This document shows, piece after piece, positions 37,320 through 40,964 of a stretch of DNA of 40,964 nucleotides. Within the stretch, counting starts at the first letter, position 1. Each line of letters starts with the position of its first letter. The DNA is from Methanobacteriota archaeon. Its GTDB lineage: Archaea > Thermoplasmatota > Poseidoniia > Poseidoniales > Poseidoniaceae. The notes below the pieces were generated by a model. It did not search any database. It was not told the origin of the DNA and worked only from the letters and a program-made list of their open reading frames with translations. Position numbers and translations under genes: made by a program. The stretch is from NCBI GenBank assembly GCA_018667575.1, contig JABIUA010000003.1, forward strand, positions 1-40,964. Reading direction: 5' to 3'.

Positions 37320-38751
37320 AGTAGAATAATCCTAGCCCACAAACTGCAATCCATGAACCAGTGGCAAAACCATAGCAAGATACCATTGAAAGGCATATCG
37401 CTAAGGAGAACTCTTTCTTTTTCTTTAGCAATAAATCCCAGTTAGAAGAAAGATGAATCGATAAGAAAAATAGAAACGATGAGGAAATCGTTGATGCTAT
37501 TGCAGCAGCAAAGAGTCCAGCACCTTGAGAATTATTCGCCTGCCAATCGATTAGCAAGTAACCAATAATCAACGCAAATAAGACTACTAGGCCGATGAAT
37601 AAAGTAAATTTCCATGGTTTTTCTCCAGCTTGTAATGCAGTATATGTTGGAGTTGATAATAAGGTTAAACACCAACCAGCGAGTAAAACCATGAATAAAT
37701 CGACTGCAGAAGCACCAAGAGAACCATCTACGTATTGTTCTGGAAAAGCCAAGGGTAAGAGGAAGTAAACAATTCCAGCGCCAGCAAATAACCCGACTGG
37801 TAGCAGCCCAAGGCATAAGTTCAACGAATTTTCTAACGCGGATTGAAATTTTATCGCATCTGTTCTAACTCCTCCCAGTACCGGTAGCAATGCAGCGCGT
37901 AACGCCTGCGGCACTACTAACCCAGCCAGCCATGCCAGTTGAGCGACATGAAAAATCGCTGCCGCATCAACACCAAGTTCACCAGCCACAAGGAATTTTT
38001 CGATTCTAACGACATATGGTAGAACTCCAAGTGTAATAGCAAATGGAAGTGCTTGAATGAGTAATGTTTTGTTATCGCTCCATGCAGTACCTAAAGAAGA
38101 CCAATTAGAACTCTCTGAGATAGAACCTCTTGGTAGAATGCTATACGAAAGACCTACTGCAATTACTAATCCTCCAATTGCCCCGATAAGAAAAATTATT
38201 GCAAAAGCAGTAACAGAGGTACTTTCTATGGAAAAAAGAATATAGTATCCAACTACAGTTATCGCTCTTTCAATTACTTTTGACCATGCTTCTAACTTAG
38301 CCTGGCCTGCCGCTCTAAGCCCTGAGCGAGGTGCGTATGAAGCGATATGGACTAGAGCGATCGACCCACAAATAACTATCAAACCAATGTATTCTTTCCA
38401 ATTTTCAATCATCAGTGGAACTCCAATTATGGCAAAAAGAATGAATGGTATTGAGCAAATAATTTGCAGTCGGTAAACTCTTATTATCGACGACCAAATT
38501 TTACTAACATCATTGGCTCCATCTCTCGCAATTAGGGTAGGTAGTCCCAAATCAATTATCAAAAAGAATGTTGCAAAAGCATCGAGTGCAATTATGTAAA
38601 TCCCATATGATTCAGTCAGGAGAGCCTTGGTTAGGACAATTTGACCCGCTAAGGCTAGAAAAATAGCAATCAAGTCCGAGCCAATCAACCAACTCGAGTC
38701 ACGACCCATCTGAGGTTTTCGGGTTTTGGAAGAGATTACAGCCTCGCCCAT
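37261..38751 (-). CDS. Wzx/RfbX-like oligosaccharide flippase (MOP superfamily)
   Basis: About 12-14 TMs; SYGIY, IDLGLPTLIAR, ALPFAI, ALLPVL. Confidence 0.88.
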   Translation of the reverse strand: MGEAVISSKTRKPQMGRDSSWLIGSDLIAIFLALAGQIVLTKALLTESYGIYIIALDAFATFFLIIDLGLPTLIARDGANDVSKIWSSIIRVYRLQIICSIPFILFAIIGVPLMIENWKEYIGLIVICGSIALVHIASYAPRSGLRAAGQAKLEAWSKVIERAITVVGYYILFSIESTSVTAFAIIFLIGAIGGLVIAVGLSYSILPRGSISESSNWSSLGTAWSDNKTLLIQALPFAITLGVLPYVVRIEKFLVAGELGVDAAAIFHVAQLAWLAGLVVPQALRAALLPVLGGVRTDAIKFQSALENSLNLCLGLLPVGLFAGAGIVYFLLPLAFPEQYVDGSLGASAVDLFMVLLAGWCLTLLSTPTYTALQAGEKPWKFTLFIGLVVLFALIIGYLLIDWQANNSQGAGLFAAAIASTISSSFLFFLSIHLSSNWDLLLKKKKEFSLAICLSMVSCYGFATGSWIAVCGLGLFYFIPQGIQAMSPTVEPLPEE

Positions 38752-38838
38752 ATTTTGTCTTTATCGGTTCTAAACTTCAACCATCCGTGTAAGCACAGAT
38801 TGAAAGCAGGGTTTCACTACGGCTCAACAGGTGCGGGT

Positions 38839-39159
38839 ATGGTAGCGGCTGAATGGGTTGAATCTGAAGTTCTCAAAGCAGTGCCTGAGGCATTGGTTGA
38901 AGTAATCGATCTGCATGGTTCAGGTGACCATTTTCATGTTCGAATTATCACTGATAGTTTTGAAGGAATGAGACCACTGCAGAGGCAAAGAATGATTCTA
39001 GCAGTTATGAAGCAACATATACCAAGCCCGATTCATGCTCTTGATTTGAAGTGCATGACTCCTAAGCAAGCAGAAACTGCAGGTGATACTGCATTTGACC
39101 CACATGGCGGAGGCCGTGGAATTCACATTAACCGAATTAACAGACAAAAAAAAGAGTGA
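38839..39159 (+). CDS. BolA/IbaG-family protein
   Basis: DLHGSGDHFHVRIITDSFEG, QRQRMI, IHALDL; start set at ATG 38839. Confidence 0.92.
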   Translation: MVAAEWVESEVLKAVPEALVEVIDLHGSGDHFHVRIITDSFEGMRPLQRQRMILAVMKQHIPSPIHALDLKCMTPKQAETAGDTAFDPHGGGRGIHINRINRQKKE

Positions 39160-39164
39160 GATAA

Positions 39165-39488
39165 ATGGATTGGACAGAACAAGAAATACAAGCAATAGTA
39201 GATGAACACGCTTTGGTGTTGTTCATGAAAGGAACGCCAAATGAACCACAATGCGGTTTCTCGAATAGAGCCGCACAAGTTCTTCAACAACTTGGAGAAC
39301 CATTTGCAGCAGTCAATATTTTGACAGACCCTAGGGCGATACCTTCGGTATGTAACTGGGCAGATTTCCCTACAATGCCTCAAGTTTATGTTCACGGAGA
39401 ACTCATTGGCGGGTCTGACATTGCTCTAGAGATGCTTCAAGATGGAAGCCTCAGAGAAATGTTTGATGCTGGACGAGACTCCAATTAA
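39165..39488 (+). CDS. grxD: Monothiol (CGFS) glutaredoxin
   Basis: LFMKGTPNEPQCGFS, FPTMPQVYV, IGGSDI. Confidence 0.95.
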   Translation: MDWTEQEIQAIVDEHALVLFMKGTPNEPQCGFSNRAAQVLQQLGEPFAAVNILTDPRAIPSVCNWADFPTMPQVYVHGELIGGSDIALEMLQDGSLREMFDAGRDSN

Positions 39489-39515
39489 ACTAATTATACA
39501 ATCAAAATCGGTGAT

Positions 39516-40748
39516 TTGATGGGACAGGAATCGAGACAGCTAGTAGTCGATGGAGGACAATCGATTGTTGATTTTGATAATAAAGCATTCAAGCCAATCC
39601 CTCAAGAGGGAATCGATTTAGCAGTTAAGGCAATGAGCGCTGGAGTTATGTATCGTTACCAACCAAAGAGTAAGGAACTCTCAATCACTGCAAAACTAGA
39701 ACATAGTTTCTCAAAATATATGGGTGTAAAGCACACAATTGGCACCAACTCATGTGGTTCTGCAATGTTCATCGCACTCAACATAGTTGGTGTAAAGCCT
39801 GGCGATAAAATTCTAACCAATGCTTTCACTTTCCATGCTGTACCTTCTGTCATTCAACACGCTAGAGCAATTCCAGTTCTGGTAGAGAGTAACCGCGAGT
39901 GGGCCATGAGCGCTGAAGACCTAGACAAGAAAGCAACAGAAACCGGAGCCAAGGTCTTACTCATGTCATACATGAGAGGCCACGTTCCTGATATGGACGC
40001 AGTAATGGAAGTAGTCAAGAAGCACGATTTGATTTTCATCGAAGACTGTGCGCATGCTTACGAAACTCTATGGAACGGAAAGTATCTTGGAAAATTCGGA
40101 CAAATCGGTTGTTTCTCAACCCAATCCTCCAAGGGAATGAGCGCAGGCGAAGGTGGAATCTTCATTACCGATAATGATGAATATGCTGCTAAGGCTGCTC
40201 TTTATGCAGGCTCTTATGAGAGGCTATGGACCAAGCATTTCGACCTCGACCCTGAAATCATGGATAGATTACAAAATCAAATTCCAGGTTATTCTATGCG
40301 TATGCAAGAAGTGACTGCAGCAATGTTGACACCACAAATCGAACGTCTTCCTAAAATCAAGAAAATTCATGTCGAAAATTGGAATCTTCTTCACAGCCTA
40401 ATTCACGGCCATGATAATATCGAAATCCCAATGCCACTGCCTCAAGTAGACAGTTTCTGTGATACAATGCAATTCCATTTGACCGGACTTTCCCGCGAAA
40501 AGGCAGACCAATTCATCGATTTGATGAAGATGGAAAATGTTCCAATGCAAATATTTGGGGCTAAGCGTAATGCTAGAGATTATCGTCAATGGGAATATGT
40601 TGAAGCGCATAAGGAAGAGTTAGGGGAAACCATTGCTAACATTGAATTTGCCTGTGACCTATCTCTTCAACCACATTTGACTCAAGATAATATTCGAGTT
40701 ATGGCTCAAGTTATTGGTGAAGTACTCGCCTACATTAATGCCCAATAA
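39516..40748 (+). CDS. DegT/DnrJ/EryC1/StrS PLP-dependent aminotransferase
   Basis: NSCGSA, VKPGD, IEDCAHA, FSTQSSKGMSAGEGG; start at TTG 39516 or ATG 39519. Confidence 0.92.
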   Translation: MMGQESRQLVVDGGQSIVDFDNKAFKPIPQEGIDLAVKAMSAGVMYRYQPKSKELSITAKLEHSFSKYMGVKHTIGTNSCGSAMFIALNIVGVKPGDKILTNAFTFHAVPSVIQHARAIPVLVESNREWAMSAEDLDKKATETGAKVLLMSYMRGHVPDMDAVMEVVKKHDLIFIEDCAHAYETLWNGKYLGKFGQIGCFSTQSSKGMSAGEGGIFITDNDEYAAKAALYAGSYERLWTKHFDLDPEIMDRLQNQIPGYSMRMQEVTAAMLTPQIERLPKIKKIHVENWNLLHSLIHGHDNIEIPMPLPQVDSFCDTMQFHLTGLSREKADQFIDLMKMENVPMQIFGAKRNARDYRQWEYVEAHKEELGETIANIEFACDLSLQPHLTQDNIRVMAQVIGEVLAYINAQ

Positions 40749-40758
40749 ATTTAGATTT

Positions 40759-40964
40759 TCAAAATCTAAAGTAAATGAAGTCAACAGTTTCTGCTGGTCT
40801 CAACAAAAAGGTAAACGAAACCAAAGTTCCACATATCAGACCCCACACTAACGGGTTTTGTTTAGAGATCCAAATTTTAAGTCCACCCATTTTACCACTG
40901 ATCCCGTGTATTAAAATAAACAGCCCAACCAAACAAATAGGTAATAATTTAATTTCAGGCAATA
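40759..40964 (-). CDS. 3' end of a probable MBOAT O-acyltransferase (AlgI-like), start outside the window
   Basis: Hydrophobic helices ending in FIYFRF, resembling the AlgI-type terminal FIYFQF. Confidence 0.7.
   Translation of the reverse strand, partial: LPEIKLLPICLVGLFILIHGISGKMGGLKIWISKQNPLVWGLICGTLVSFTFLLRPAETVDFIYFRF

Noticed and set aside
1-40964. tRNA or rRNA genes
   Set aside because: Intergenic gaps are all under about 200 bp and I saw no cloverleaf or T-loop signature; tRNAscan-SE or Rfam would be needed to exclude small RNAs.

Overview
Gene-dense, low-GC archaeal chromosomal segment, most consistent with Marine Group II (Ca. Poseidoniales, Thermoplasmatota). This assignment is an inference from gene content: Topo VI A/B, TFB, archaeal pantoate kinase and phosphopantothenate synthetase, a large thrombospondin-type-3-like surface protein, and several bacterial-type enzymes. 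About 40 CDSs cover information processing, cofactor synthesis, redox/Fe-S handling and surface polysaccharide synthesis. I saw no rRNA, tRNA, CRISPR array or mobile element. Most notable observations: (1) a recurring non-canonical TATA-like element, TT[C/G]A[A/T], 20-23 nt upstream of many start codons, including one shared by two divergent genes; (2) a membrane-anchored double-wHTH regulator with an ectodomain of BsuPI-like repeats, next to a WD40/TSP3 surface protein and a sensor-less HTH-STAND ATPase; (3) a CDIN1/C15orf41-like nuclease; (4) a LeuRS with a bacterial-type core and an archaeal-type tail; (5) a fused swivel-first aconitase-family enzyme; (6) PIP-box-like motifs on Topo VIB and on an uncharacterised winged-helix protein. 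All family calls come from reading motifs by eye, not from database searches.
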